From contig CAVWHX010000007.1 of the NCBI GenBank assembly GCA_963754925.1, positions 297,288 through 361,287 on the forward strand: a stretch of 64,000 bases of DNA. The letters run 5' to 3'. Below the pieces are notes generated by a model. The model did not search any database. It saw nothing but the letters and a program-made list of their open reading frames with translations, and had not been told where the DNA came from. The translations under genes and the position numbers were made by a program. This DNA comes from an uncultured delta proteobacterium (lineage in GTDB: Bacteria; Myxococcota; B64-G9). Shown here in pieces: positions 42,502-52,883 of the stretch. Every line of letters starts with the position of its first letter. Position 1 is the stretch's first letter.

Positions 42502-43810
42502 TCATGATGTACTAAGGCGTTCGCGTAAGAAACGTCCGAGATCAGCTGTTGGCACTCTCACCTGCTTGGTCGAATCGTCTGGGGCGGCAGACAGGTCTTT
42601 GACCGTTGCGGTGCCTCCGCTGATTTCATCCTCTCCAAGCAACACAACGAAGCGCGCTCCCGAGCGATCGGCACGCTTCATCTGGGATTTCATGCTTCCC
42701 CCGCGCACGTCCGACTCAACCCGTAGGCCGCCGCGTCTTAATTCACTCATTATTCGCAATGCCGCCTTCCAGCCGTGCTCACCGTGGGTGACCATGAAAA
42801 CTCCGGGGGCGGCGCGCGGCGCAGGCCGAAGCTCTTTCAACTTGAGGAGTACGCGATCGAGCCCGGTGGCAAAACCTATCGCCGGCACCTCGGGCCCGCC
42901 CAAGGTTTGGATTAACCCGTCGTAACGGGCCGCCGCCGGTGACGGTGTTCTGCGCCCCAAGGCCCTCCGCCAGCACCTCAAACGTCGTGCGGGTGTAGTA
43001 GTCGAGTCCGCGCACCATCCGGTGATTGAGCTGAAAAGGAATCTCAAGAAGTCCAAGACCCATTTGAACCTTTTGGAAATGCTCGCGACAATCAGTACAT
43101 AACCAATCTACCATTTTGGGCGCCGCCAGAGCAATTTCTATACAACCGTCGATCTTGCAGTCAAGCACCCTGAGCGGGTTGTGCTGCATGCGCGCCCGAC
43201 ATTTTTCACACAGGCGGTCCGCGTTATCGTTGAGATATTCCAGCAGGCGGCTGCGGTAGGCAGGTCGGCACTGCAAACAGCCCAGCGAGTTGAGCTGCAG
43301 GGATGTCCCCGTCAGGCCAAGGGCTTTGGTGCATTCAACTGCCAAGTCTATCAATTCCACATCGGCGTACGGTTCGGCTGCTCCGATAAGTTCCACCCCC
43401 ACTTGGCTAAACTGGCGATAACGTCCTTTTTGCGGGCGCTCGTGGCGAAACATCGGCCCGAGGTAGTACAACCAGGAAACCGGCTCGAGCGACCAACGCG
43501 CGCTTTCAATGTACGCGCGCACCACCGAGGCGGTGCCTTCGGGGCGGAGGGTGAGCGACGTGCCATCGCGATCATCGAAGGTATACATCTCTTTTTCGAC
43601 GATATCGCTCTCCTCGCCAATCGATCGCTTGAACAACCGCGACTGTTCGAGGAGCGGGGTGCGGATCTCGCTGTAGCCGAAGCGCTCCAGCACCTGGAGC
43701 AACGTGCGTTCCATCCATTGCCACCAGGAAACATCCTCCGGCAAGATATCGCGCATCCCGCGAATGATCTGAATCCGATCAGCTGGTTCCGCTGTTCCCA
43801 TGACCATCAC
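42502..43810 (-). CDS. hisS: Histidine--tRNA ligase, frameshift near 42930
   Basis: LRPEGTA, FRHERPQKGRYRQF, VRGLDYY, GGG|RYDGL split by the shift; C-terminal KSQMKRAD. Confidence 0.95.
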
Positions 43811-43901
43811 TTTCTATTGCACGCCACTATTCACTGCTCATTCATGAAAAAAGCCTTGATGGGTGGTTGATACACTAAATAATCAGTAAATGACATAAAA
43901 T

Positions 43902-45470
43902 TCATTGATGATTAAGTTCTTTGAGGGAATCCCTTATAGCCCGAAGGTGCTTTTTACTACAAAAGTTTTTAAAAGCTTTGAGAAAGGTCGCGCGCAGCTC
44001 CTTCGTCTCCATCTGTTTCGCATAAACTCTTTGTCCGAGGGCCAGAAACAACGGCACCGCTTTTCCCCGGGGACCCTTGATATGGAGTGCTGCTTGTTGC
44101 AGCAAACCGGTTGCCACGACGGCATCTTGGTGCGCGCCAAGGGTGTCCTGCAGTTGGATGAGTTCGGCAATAAATTCAACCAGCCGGTCACCGTACAGCA
44201 GCTCAAAGAACTCACCGGCGTATCGGAGGCGTTTGCAGAGAATACGCTCACGATGGAAGTTCGCATCGGGTGCCGTCGGCGAGAGACTGCAGCCGCCATC
44301 AAGTAGCCGCGCCAACCGCCTGCGGAGAACGACGGGTGCCACCTCAACACCGGGACGCCGGCCGAGACTCGCTCGCGGATAGCGCGGAGCGTCCTGAGAC
44401 AACCAGCGGTCCATGCGACGCACCAGGCGCTCATAGCGCCTGCTGTGGAGCAACCGCAACAGCCGACGGCGCAGGACTGCTCGGCGGTTTTGCAACATTC
44501 GCCTAAATATCACGATGACCTCACGTTCCCCTTCAGAAAGGTCCTCGGCGTCGTATCGCAGACCCTCAAGCTGGACATCCAGGTCGCGGATGTCGCCGAG
44601 TGCGTTGCCGAGCCAGCCCAGTTCCGCTCGAAGACGTTGGGTACGCCGCACAGGCAGGGCATTCCGAAAAAGGCGCATCGCCACCCGCAGCCTGCGGGTG
44701 GCCACCCGCATATGGTGCAGCGCCTCGCGATCCAGGCCCAGGCAGGTTCCGGCCTCGTTTTTTTTGAGATGCCGCCACTGCATTTGAAGCACCGACAGCG
44801 CTAGATCCAGCATGCGCGGACCGACGGAACGTTGAGGCGGCGCTTCCTCTTCAAGATTGAGTAGCGCGATCCGCCGTCCGGCCGCGCTTCCCTCGTCATG
44901 CGCCAAACCAAAAATGGCCTGAAGGTCTGCAATTAGGGATTCCGGCAACGTCTTTTCCGGTTCCGCCTCGAGCTCCAACTCAAAGAGACGCCGGCGCCGT
45001 CCCGATGCCCGCAGCACCACCTCACGCACGGTTGCCTGGAGCCAGCCTTCCGCCGATCCCACCCTCAGGACTTTCTCATGGCCGGTCTCTGAAAAACGGC
45101 GCTGTAACCTTCGGCCGGCCAGTAACGGCCGCAACCACTCGGCAAGCGGCCCGGGGCCAAGCACCTCCTTACCGAGGGGGCCGCTTGGTTGCGACAGGGG
45201 CGGCATGGGATCAATCGGGGACTCCGGCGGACGAATCCAGTCAAGGGTCAATGACCCCGTAGTTGCAGTGCTGTCGTCGTAGACACAAGCAAGTGAGGCC
45301 TGTTGCAGCAAATTGTCGGGGGTATCAAAAAAGACTCGATGCAATGGACCGTCGGCAATATCCTCAGCGAGAGGTCCACCCGCCGAAATTCGTTCGACAA
45401 TTGCCCCAGAATCTAGTTGACCTTGACGATAGAGGGTGTAGCTATGTTTCTTTTCGTCCACCATAACCAA
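43902..45470 (-). CDS. CYTH-like + CHAD domain polyphosphate-binding protein
   Basis: FDTPD, ELELE; LHHMRVATRRLR, RDLDV, KRLRY, LQDTLGAHQD. Confidence 0.88.
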   Translation of the reverse strand: MVMVDEKKHSYTLYRQGQLDSGAIVERISAGGPLAEDIADGPLHRVFFDTPDNLLQQASLACVYDDSTATTGSLTLDWIRPPESPIDPMPPLSQPSGPLGKEVLGPGPLAEWLRPLLAGRRLQRRFSETGHEKVLRVGSAEGWLQATVREVVLRASGRRRRLFELELEAEPEKTLPESLIADLQAIFGLAHDEGSAAGRRIALLNLEEEAPPQRSVGPRMLDLALSVLQMQWRHLKKNEAGTCLGLDREALHHMRVATRRLRVAMRLFRNALPVRRTQRLRAELGWLGNALGDIRDLDVQLEGLRYDAEDLSEGEREVIVIFRRMLQNRRAVLRRRLLRLLHSRRYERLVRRMDRWLSQDAPRYPRASLGRRPGVEVAPVVLRRRLARLLDGGCSLSPTAPDANFHRERILCKRLRYAGEFFELLYGDRLVEFIAELIQLQDTLGAHQDAVVATGLLQQAALHIKGPRGKAVPLFLALGQRVYAKQMETKELRATFLKAFKNFCSKKHLRAIRDSLKELNHQ

Positions 45471-45727
45471 ACTATACTACAATTTCTATTTTACGCATAA
45501 GCCTTCCTAAAAACATCGAGGTTTGCCACCAATATATTTCAATAATAATTCTATTAATTGAACTGCTATCTTCATAATCTAAACATTTACTTTAAGAAAA
45601 AAACCAGTGCACACAAAATTCTAAACCATATTCAACAGTACATACTATAATTTCTTGAGTCTAAAACATATTCTAACCTTAATGTCATAAGTTAAGATTA
45701 TACTTTTGAACAGAACCGAGGAAAAAT

Positions 45728-46189
45728 GTGAAACGAGTTTATGAATCAAAGAAGGATGGCTGGATCGTTGCCCTGTTATGGGGGGCAGTGGCGGTTATGA
45801 TCGTTGGTGCCGGAAATCTCTGGAGGTCGCCGACATCGTTTGCCTTTCGATTGCTGATGTCCGTCCTGTTTTCGGTTTCAGCCATTTTGGTGATGTGGGT
45901 GCTGTATGGAACGCGTTACACACTGACTGAGGGCAAACTCATTGTGCAATCAGGACCCTTTCGTTGGGTGATAGAACTGGATTCAATCACCGAGGTCTTC
46001 CCTACCCGCAACCCGCTTTCAAGCCCTGCGTGCTCGTTGGATCGGCTTCACATTCGTTATCGTCCGAGTCGTCAGGGGATTATGATATCGCCTCAAGATA
46101 AGGCGGTATTTCTTCAGGATCTGGTAGTGTTGTCTCCTGGACTAACGCTGGATGGAGATCGAATGGTGCGGAATGATTCGAACGGCTAA
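45728..46189 (+). CDS. Bacterial PH-domain membrane protein (bPH_5-like)
   Basis: YESKKDGW, two TM helices, SSPACSLDRL, ISP. Confidence 0.8.
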   Translation: MKRVYESKKDGWIVALLWGAVAVMIVGAGNLWRSPTSFAFRLLMSVLFSVSAILVMWVLYGTRYTLTEGKLIVQSGPFRWVIELDSITEVFPTRNPLSSPACSLDRLHIRYRPSRQGIMISPQDKAVFLQDLVVLSPGLTLDGDRMVRNDSNG

Positions 46190-46193
46190 ATTT

Positions 46194-46221
46194 TTGACCT
46201 AATAATATCAAGGGGTATAAT
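46194..46221 (+). promoter_or_regulatory. Putative sigma70 promoter
   Basis: TTGACC-N16-TATAAT. Confidence 0.55.
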
Positions 46222-46341
46222 TTACTTGTAAATAAATCGGAAAAGCGGCGCACAAGCAGTCTCCCAGCGCGGAGTGGAACAACGGTATCCACAATTCAAT
46301 CAACCAAAAATCATAAAAACCGAGGTTAATGGAGGCTGGTC

Positions 46342-46563
46342 ATGGCAGATTGTGAATTGTTAGCTTCGTGTCAATTCTTCACCGAAAAAAGGTTAAAAAT
46401 GCCTACCGTGGCTGAAATGATGAAAACTCGCTTATGCCACGGTGACCACTCTCAATGCGCACGATATATAGTATATGAAAAGTTGGGCAGGTCTAACGTT
46501 CCTGAAGACTTGTCTCCGGTTGATGTTGAACGAGCAAACAAGATTCTTTTCGCTGGATCTTGA
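46342..46563 (+). CDS. Small four-Cys hypothetical protein
   Basis: GGAGG RBS; CELLASCQFF...C...CARY...VPEDL. Confidence 0.7.
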   Translation: MADCELLASCQFFTEKRLKMPTVAEMMKTRLCHGDHSQCARYIVYEKLGRSNVPEDLSPVDVERANKILFAGS

Positions 46564-46731
46564 TTCTACCAACTTTCTTCATATTCTCAACTCCTCTACG
46601 ATTCTAAAGACGTCAAATCGATTGATACGCAGTAGGAAGAATGAAGATGAATTCAGAACGCTGAATAATTGACGCCTTCGCAAAATGTCCTTATTGTCTA
46701 GGGGTAGGCTTCTAGCGGCGAAAACAAATAC

Positions 46732-47496
46732 ATGCTCGAGCACATCGACCTAACTAAGCACGTAAGCCGGGCGGAATATAAGCGGCTGCTTCCGGAGCTG
46801 CAAGCCCAAGTTTACGAAAAAGAAAAAGCCATATTCGATCGGGCTATCTCGGTGAGTATCCTCTTTGAAGGTTGGGCGGCAGCCGACAAGGGTTCCTCAA
46901 TCCGGGTCTTGACCTCGCGGCTGGACCCGCGCGGTTTTCGGGTGGTGCCGATTTCATCCGCCAAACCTCACGAGCAAAAATTCCCCTGGCTGTATCGTTT
47001 CTGGCTTGTGCTTCCCAACTACGGGCAGATAGCCATCTTCGATCAGAGTTGGTACCGCCGCCTTCTGATCGAGCGCGTGGAGAAACGAATACCGAAGCAT
47101 GAGTGGAAACAAGCATTCAATGACATCCGCGACTTCGAGCGCACCCTGGCCGACAACGGCATGGTGATCATCAAATTCTTTCTGCATATCAGCAAAAAAG
47201 AGCAGGCCAAGCGCTTTCGCAAGTTGCTTGCCGATCCCATTACCGCCTGGCAGGTCAACGAAGAAGAGCGCTTTCAACAAAAGCATTACGACAAGTATCT
47301 TGAAGCCATCGAGGAGATGCTCGGTCAGACCGAGGCCGAGTGGGCTCCTTGGACTATCGTAGAGGCCACCGACCGAGACTATACCCGCATTAAGGTGATG
47401 CAAACGATAATTACCATGTTGACCGCAGCGCTTGAGTCACACGACAAAGAAAAACCCCGATCGAAAAAACAGCCGCTGAGAACCAAAGATGCTTGA
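46732..47496 (+). CDS. ppk2: Polyphosphate kinase 2 family domain with degenerate Walker A
   Basis: FEGWAAADKG, LDPRG, IFDQSWY, KFFLHISK. Confidence 0.88.
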   Translation: MLEHIDLTKHVSRAEYKRLLPELQAQVYEKEKAIFDRAISVSILFEGWAAADKGSSIRVLTSRLDPRGFRVVPISSAKPHEQKFPWLYRFWLVLPNYGQIAIFDQSWYRRLLIERVEKRIPKHEWKQAFNDIRDFERTLADNGMVIIKFFLHISKKEQAKRFRKLLADPITAWQVNEEERFQQKHYDKYLEAIEEMLGQTEAEWAPWTIVEATDRDYTRIKVMQTIITMLTAALESHDKEKPRSKKQPLRTKDA

Positions 47497-48217
47497 AAAC
47501 GTCAACCTGAGGCTAGCGTTGAGCAAAACCGAATACGAGAAGCAACTCGGCCGGCTGCAGACCGAGTTGAGCTTCTTTGGCTTTCAAGTGTACACCCAAC
47601 AGCGGCCGGTAGTAGTCGTGTTTGAAGGCTGGGACGCAGCCGGCAAAGGCGGCTGCATCAAGCGCGTGACCAGCAAGCTCGACCCGCGCGGTTATACGGT
47701 ATGGGCAATTGACGCCCCCCACGGCGAGGACAAATCCCATCACTACCTGTATCGATTTTGGCGCAGGCTTCCGGAAAAAAGCCGCATCGCCATCTTCGAT
47801 CGTTCCTGGTACGGCCGGGTGTTGGTCGAGCGCATTGAAGGTTTTTGCGAGGAGGCGGCGTGGAAGCGCGCCTATCGGGAGATAAACGATTTCGAGCGGC
47901 AGTTATCCAATTTCGGAACCATTTTGGTAAAGTTTTGGCTGCACATCAGCAAAAAAGAACAGCTTCGGCGCTTCAAGGAACGACGCCGGGATCAACATAA
48001 ACAATTCAAGATCACGCCGGACGATTGGCGTAACCGCGATAAGTGGGACCAATACGGGGAGGCGGTTGAAGAGATGCTGCTTAAGACCAGCACCCTGGAG
48101 GCACCGTGGCACGTCATCGAGGCCGAGGACAAGTACTGGGCGCGCATCAACGTCCTCAAGATTCTCGTGGACAAGCTTCGCGGCGAACTCAGGGACATCA
48201 AACGGTCGCCGGGATAG
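47489..48217 (+). CDS. ppk2: Polyphosphate kinase 2 family (polyP:AMP phosphotransferase-like)
   Basis: FEGWDAAGKGG, LDPRG, FDRSWYGRVLVER, KITPDDWRNR. Confidence 0.92.
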   Translation: MLENVNLRLALSKTEYEKQLGRLQTELSFFGFQVYTQQRPVVVVFEGWDAAGKGGCIKRVTSKLDPRGYTVWAIDAPHGEDKSHHYLYRFWRRLPEKSRIAIFDRSWYGRVLVERIEGFCEEAAWKRAYREINDFERQLSNFGTILVKFWLHISKKEQLRRFKERRRDQHKQFKITPDDWRNRDKWDQYGEAVEEMLLKTSTLEAPWHVIEAEDKYWARINVLKILVDKLRGELRDIKRSPG

Positions 48218-48231
48218 GTAATTGTTAGAAC

Positions 48232-48726
48232 TCAATCAGAAAGCTTCGATAGGACTTCCGGGGTCAACACCCAACTGAGTATTCCCTTCGGTGAACGCAG
48301 GCTATCGAGATCAACCAGACAGAGCCCGCTCTTGCTGAGATCAATTACTTGTTTTTCAATCCCGAGTAATGTTGAGGCAAAAAGACTGAGACTCGGATTA
48401 TGGCCAATGAGCATTATCCGACTAAACTTACCGTGGCTGCGCAACGCCTCTAACAGCGCCGTCGGGTTCACACCCGGAGAAAGCGCTTCAAGGACGAGCA
48501 CCCGGTCTTCGATATTCAGGATCCGGGCCGTGATCATCGCCGTCTCAAATGCCCGTTTTAGGGGGCTGGTGAAAATGGCATCAACCTTTCCTATCAGATG
48601 GCTCATGCCCTTCGCGGCTTTTTTCATCTTGGCTATTCCTTTGGCCGACAACGGACGCTCGGCGTCCGACCCACCGGCCGGATCAACGTCTTCCGCAATG
48701 GCGTGGCGCAAGAGAAAAATTTCCAT
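48232..48726 (-). CDS. sixA: Phosphohistidine phosphatase SixA
   Basis: LLRHA, RPLS, SPLKRA, GHNP. Confidence 0.9.
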   Translation of the reverse strand: MEIFLLRHAIAEDVDPAGGSDAERPLSAKGIAKMKKAAKGMSHLIGKVDAIFTSPLKRAFETAMITARILNIEDRVLVLEALSPGVNPTALLEALRSHGKFSRIMLIGHNPSLSLFASTLLGIEKQVIDLSKSGLCLVDLDSLRSPKGILSWVLTPEVLSKLSD

Positions 48727-48848
48727 GGCTTAACTCCCCCTTCATGTGCTAATTTAACCTACAGTATTTGTACATCAGGTGTCTGGCATCTTATAGTATT
48801 ACACGCACTCGATAGTCGCTTACAACTGAAAAAAATGTCACGAGCCGA

Positions 48849-49979
48849 ATGATTTCTCGCGAAAACATTATAGAAGAAGGCCGCCGATGGGGATTCGCGG
48901 ACGTTGGATTCACAACCGCTGAACCGTTCGATTCGCATCGAGATTTCCTCTCGCATCGGCAACAGGAATACGGATGGGCCGAGGCGGCGGGGCTTTCGCT
49001 CATGGCCGGATTCGATCCGAAAGCGGCGCTCGCCTCGGCGAAATCGATAATCGTCCTGCTTGAAAACTACCTGCAGGAAGCAATTCCTCCGCCGCTCGAA
49101 AAGTATTTTGGCCGCTGTTACCTCGACGACGACCGCATGACCAAAGATGGCCTAACGCAACGGGTCAAGGCCTTCAGATCGTTTCTGCGAACAAACGGCA
49201 TCGATTCGAAGGTCCCGTTCAACCTGCCCCACCGGGTCACGGCCGCGCGGGCCGGATTGGGAACGTTAGGAAAGAACTGCTTGTTCTTCGCCGGGAGGGC
49301 GGCTCGGCAAAGTTCCTGGGTAACTCCTATCACCGTAGTGGTCGATCGGGAATTTCCGCCCGATGAGCCGACGATAAGGATGGCTTGTCCCGAGTGGTGC
49401 CGCAACGCCTGTATCGCCGCCTGCCCAACCAGGGCGCTTCTGGGTAACGGCACTATCGATCCGCGGAAATGCATTTTGTACCTGACGTGTTACGGCAAAG
49501 AGATAACGCCCCGCGAGTTGCGCGAGCCGATGGGAATGTACGTGTACGGTTGCGACATCTGCCAGGAGGTTTGCCCGCGCAATCGGCCGTGGCTTTCGCA
49601 GGAGCTGGTTCTTAGTCAACGTATTGCCGCTAAGGCGAAGAGTTTCGATCTGATCGCCCTTCTCCACATGGACCGGGAATTTTTCACCAAGAATGTGTGG
49701 CCGCATATGTTCTATATTCCGCCGGATGAGATGTGGGTATGGAAAATGAACGTCGCCCGGGCGATGGGCAACAGCCGCGATGAGTGTTACCTTCCCGAAC
49801 TCATCCGGGCGTTTTCTGAAACGAGCGACGAACGCGCCAGGGGAATGATCGCTTGGGCCCTGGGTCGCATCGGCGGAAGCCAGGCCAGGAAATCTATCGA
49901 AGGCTTCTTATCCGCCAGCGAGGGTTTGGTGCGCAAAGAGATACTGAGTGCGCTTGATAGCGAGGAGCTGTGTTATTAA
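48849..49979 (+). CDS. queG: Epoxyqueuosine reductase QueG-like
   Basis: AGLG.LGKN, CxxxCxxxCIAACPT, GCDICQEVCP, HEAT-like C-terminus. Confidence 0.75.
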   Translation: MISRENIIEEGRRWGFADVGFTTAEPFDSHRDFLSHRQQEYGWAEAAGLSLMAGFDPKAALASAKSIIVLLENYLQEAIPPPLEKYFGRCYLDDDRMTKDGLTQRVKAFRSFLRTNGIDSKVPFNLPHRVTAARAGLGTLGKNCLFFAGRAARQSSWVTPITVVVDREFPPDEPTIRMACPEWCRNACIAACPTRALLGNGTIDPRKCILYLTCYGKEITPRELREPMGMYVYGCDICQEVCPRNRPWLSQELVLSQRIAAKAKSFDLIALLHMDREFFTKNVWPHMFYIPPDEMWVWKMNVARAMGNSRDECYLPELIRAFSETSDERARGMIAWALGRIGGSQARKSIEGFLSASEGLVRKEILSALDSEELCY

Positions 49980-50033
49980 TTGTGAGATGTTATTGAAAAT
50001 CGGCGGGATCTTTCCTGTGAATTATGAAATTGG

Positions 50034-50582
50034 CTATACAACTCTGCTGAGTATTATTTCAACCTCAGTATCGCTTATGCGTCTGTATTTGCTTGTAAAT
50101 CCATATTTTGCGACTTCTTCAAAATGACATTTTAGATATTGTTCTACATGTATCCAGAAAGCATCGCTGGCTTTCATTTCGGATATATTAATGAGAAAAG
50201 TATCCTGTTCTTTACGCGTCCCTTTAATTATTCCCCCGGAGAAATGATGATTCCACAAAAACTGGAGGTTCTTGTTAAGGGCATCGAGCGAATCGATCTT
50301 GGTTACAACACGCATAAGCCCTTGCAATTGCTCGCGTACTTCTTGCGTTGAACAATCCCGAAATGCAGCTTCGGATTTTGAATGTTGAAAGAAAGCAACA
50401 AGTAACGAGTCTTTGGCTTTAAAATCGTAATTTTGATCGGAGAGAAGCGCACCCGACAGGATATCCTTTGTTTCGGGATCAAGGTTCTCAATCATTTTAT
50501 TAAAAAAATCCGCCCCATAGGTATCAAGGATATAGCGCTTTATAAAATAAATTGAATTGCCTTTTACGGTTATCTTGTTCAT
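50034..50582 (-). CDS. Hypothetical protein, similar in architecture to 41881..42471
   Basis: TVKG N-terminus, LWNHHFSGG; AT-rich. Confidence 0.55.
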   Translation of the reverse strand: MNKITVKGNSIYFIKRYILDTYGADFFNKMIENLDPETKDILSGALLSDQNYDFKAKDSLLVAFFQHSKSEAAFRDCSTQEVREQLQGLMRVVTKIDSLDALNKNLQFLWNHHFSGGIIKGTRKEQDTFLINISEMKASDAFWIHVEQYLKCHFEEVAKYGFTSKYRRISDTEVEIILSRVV

Positions 50583-50761
50583 AGAGACACCTACCCAAAT
50601 TTTATTGTGGGGAGTTATCGAGTCATTGTCAATTTTCTATCTATAAAGAGGAGTACGGCATCAATTACGCAAGGGCCTTTGAATGCCTCGGCGGCGCTTA
50701 GGTTACTGAATCTCTTGAAGGTTTTTTCATTCACCAACGAGGGGTTGGTGCGAGTAGTAAT

Positions 50762-52093
50762 CTAATTTGTTGGCTTTTCCAGCAGAAGATCCTCGCCGAG
50801 AATCGCCCCGGCCAGAATGCGGCGCGCTTCAAGTAGCTCAATACGCTTCTTCAACTCAAGGATCTTTTTCTCGTCTTTCTCATGTTCGAGTTGAGTACGG
50901 GCCTGGGCTGCGGCTCGATCGTCGGCAACGACGCGAATATCAATCGGTCCATTGTTCCGCTGCCGTTCGAGCGCATTGTTGTCAATCCATAGCGGTTCGG
51001 CCGAAAGATCGGCGAGCTCCGTGCGAATCCGACCGTTGCCGTAGTCTTTGCGCACCACCGCGAATCGGAGGATCACACCGTCTCTCGGGTAGCCGGCCTT
51101 GTCGGGATGGAGTCCATACACATAAAAACGCGACTGATTGGCGATGAAATTGCCCAGGCTGTAACTCACCAGGGTGATCCGCCCATCGTGTGTCAGGTAG
51201 ACTTCTACCGGCTGCAGGACATGTGGGTGGTGGCCAAGGATGACATCGACCCCGCCGTCGAGCAGCCGGTGGGCAAGCTCGATGTCCTGCTTACGGGGTA
51301 CGATTTGGTACTCTTCTCCCCAATGGACCGAGAGAATCACCATCTCCGCTCCCTGGGCGCGCGCTGAAGCGACGGCCGACAGGATCAAGTCTTCCTTCAG
51401 TTCGAGCGCACACGGCTTTTCAGGGGACCTACTCGGGCGGTAGTTAAACACCTGGGATGCCCCCAAAAACGCCAACTTGATTCCCTTGACGTCAATCATC
51501 TTCGGAGCGGCGGCTTCGGCGCAAGTTTTACCGGCGCCAAGAAACGTTAGCGACGAAGAGCCCAACTGCTCGATGCTTTCCAAAAACCCTTTCGTGGACT
51601 GATCAAAAACATGGTTATTGGCAAACGAGACGACCGTGATGCCGGTCGCCCGGAGGGCCCCTAAAAACTCGGGTGGCGCATTAAACATGAAGGGAACGGT
51701 TTTTTTGCCGGTCTTCGGCGCAACCGGCGATTCGAGGTTGCAAAACCCGATGTCAGCCGTAAGAAGCTCATCACGGACACCCGCAAACAACGCATCAAAA
51801 CCGTCGTGGTTGATGGAGTTGCCCTTACTGTCTTTGAGGTTTGCCTGCTCGGCTGAAGTCAGCACCATGCCGTGGGGAATGGCGTCGCCCACAGCCGCAA
51901 TGTTAACCTGGGCCACAATGCTTGAAACGGCTCCTGCGGGAAGAGGCGGCTTACATGGTCGCAGCGTCAGCTGAGCTCGCGGGTCGGAAGTATTTTTCTG
52001 TTGTGGCGCGGTGGGTATCGTTTGAGCGGCACAAACACCTGACAGGATAAAGACACTTACGAAAAGCATCAGAAATATAATATACTTGCGCAT
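50762..52093 (-). CDS. CapA (PGA_cap) family metallophosphoesterase-fold protein
   Basis: AVGD, NLESP, ANNH, HWGEEY, GHHPHV, YSLGNF. Confidence 0.92.
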   Translation of the reverse strand: MRKYIIFLMLFVSVFILSGVCAAQTIPTAPQQKNTSDPRAQLTLRPCKPPLPAGAVSSIVAQVNIAAVGDAIPHGMVLTSAEQANLKDSKGNSINHDGFDALFAGVRDELLTADIGFCNLESPVAPKTGKKTVPFMFNAPPEFLGALRATGITVVSFANNHVFDQSTKGFLESIEQLGSSSLTFLGAGKTCAEAAAPKMIDVKGIKLAFLGASQVFNYRPSRSPEKPCALELKEDLILSAVASARAQGAEMVILSVHWGEEYQIVPRKQDIELAHRLLDGGVDVILGHHPHVLQPVEVYLTHDGRITLVSYSLGNFIANQSRFYVYGLHPDKAGYPRDGVILRFAVVRKDYGNGRIRTELADLSAEPLWIDNNALERQRNNGPIDIRVVADDRAAAQARTQLEHEKDEKKILELKKRIELLEARRILAGAILGEDLLLEKPTN

Positions 52094-52124
52094 ATTCACG
52101 TCCGCTCCCCTGAATGCACCTGGC

Positions 52125-52874
52125 CTATTTCGAAAAGAGATCCCGCAGCCACTGAATGGTTGTTTGGCGACCGAGCTCCCCAATAGCGGTGGTCAGCGGG
52201 ATTTTCTTAGGGCAAACTCTGACGCAGTTTTGGGCGTTGCCGCAGTCGGTGATGCCGCCGTCCCCCATGATGGTGTGGAGGCGTTCTTCTTTCATGAACC
52301 GGCCGACGGGGTCGGAATTGTGCAAGCGCACCTGTCCCAACGTTGCAGGTCCGATGAAGGTCGAGCGCGTATGGTATTGCGGGCAGGCCTCCATGCAACA
52401 ACCGCAGGTCATGCACCGCGAAAAGAGATAGCGAATGGATTGATCGCCAGGGCCGATCAACGGCTCATGGCGATGAATGGAATACATGCCGTCGATGTGA
52501 ATCCAGGCTTTGACCTTCTGCAAGGCGTCAAACATTTTCTGGCGGTCAACCTGGAGGTCGCGCACCACGGGAAACTTGCTAAGCGGTTCGAGCACAATCG
52601 GTTGCTTGAGGCTATCGACGAGCGCCGCGCAGCCTTGGCGTGGGACTCCGTTGATAATCATCGCGCACGCCCCGCATACTTCTTCCAAACAATTGCACTC
52701 CCAGACGACCGGCTCGACCCGTTTGCCGGTTGCGTTTATCGGATGTTCCCGGAGGTACATCAACAGCGAGACTATGGTATGGCCCGGCGTATGGGGCGGA
52801 TTGAATTCTTCCCAGTAGGCTTTCGCCTCGGGGCCGTTTTGGCGTCTTATTTTCAATCGAATGGTGTCACCCAT
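52125..52874 (-). CDS. sdhB: Succinate dehydrogenase iron-sulfur subunit
   Basis: CLEEVCGAC, CMTCGCCMEACP, CGNAQNCVRVCPK. Confidence 0.95.
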   Translation of the reverse strand: MGDTIRLKIRRQNGPEAKAYWEEFNPPHTPGHTIVSLLMYLREHPINATGKRVEPVVWECNCLEEVCGACAMIINGVPRQGCAALVDSLKQPIVLEPLSKFPVVRDLQVDRQKMFDALQKVKAWIHIDGMYSIHRHEPLIGPGDQSIRYLFSRCMTCGCCMEACPQYHTRSTFIGPATLGQVRLHNSDPVGRFMKEERLHTIMGDGGITDCGNAQNCVRVCPKKIPLTTAIGELGRQTTIQWLRDLFSK

Positions 52875-52883
52875 GGCGTTCCT

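Noticed and set aside
46230..46300. Riboswitch in the leader of the small Cys protein
   Set aside because: Only two short hairpins; no c-di-GMP-I/II or other consensus recognised
50762..52093. Poly-gamma-glutamate capsule locus
   Set aside because: CapA-family gene alone; no capB/capC
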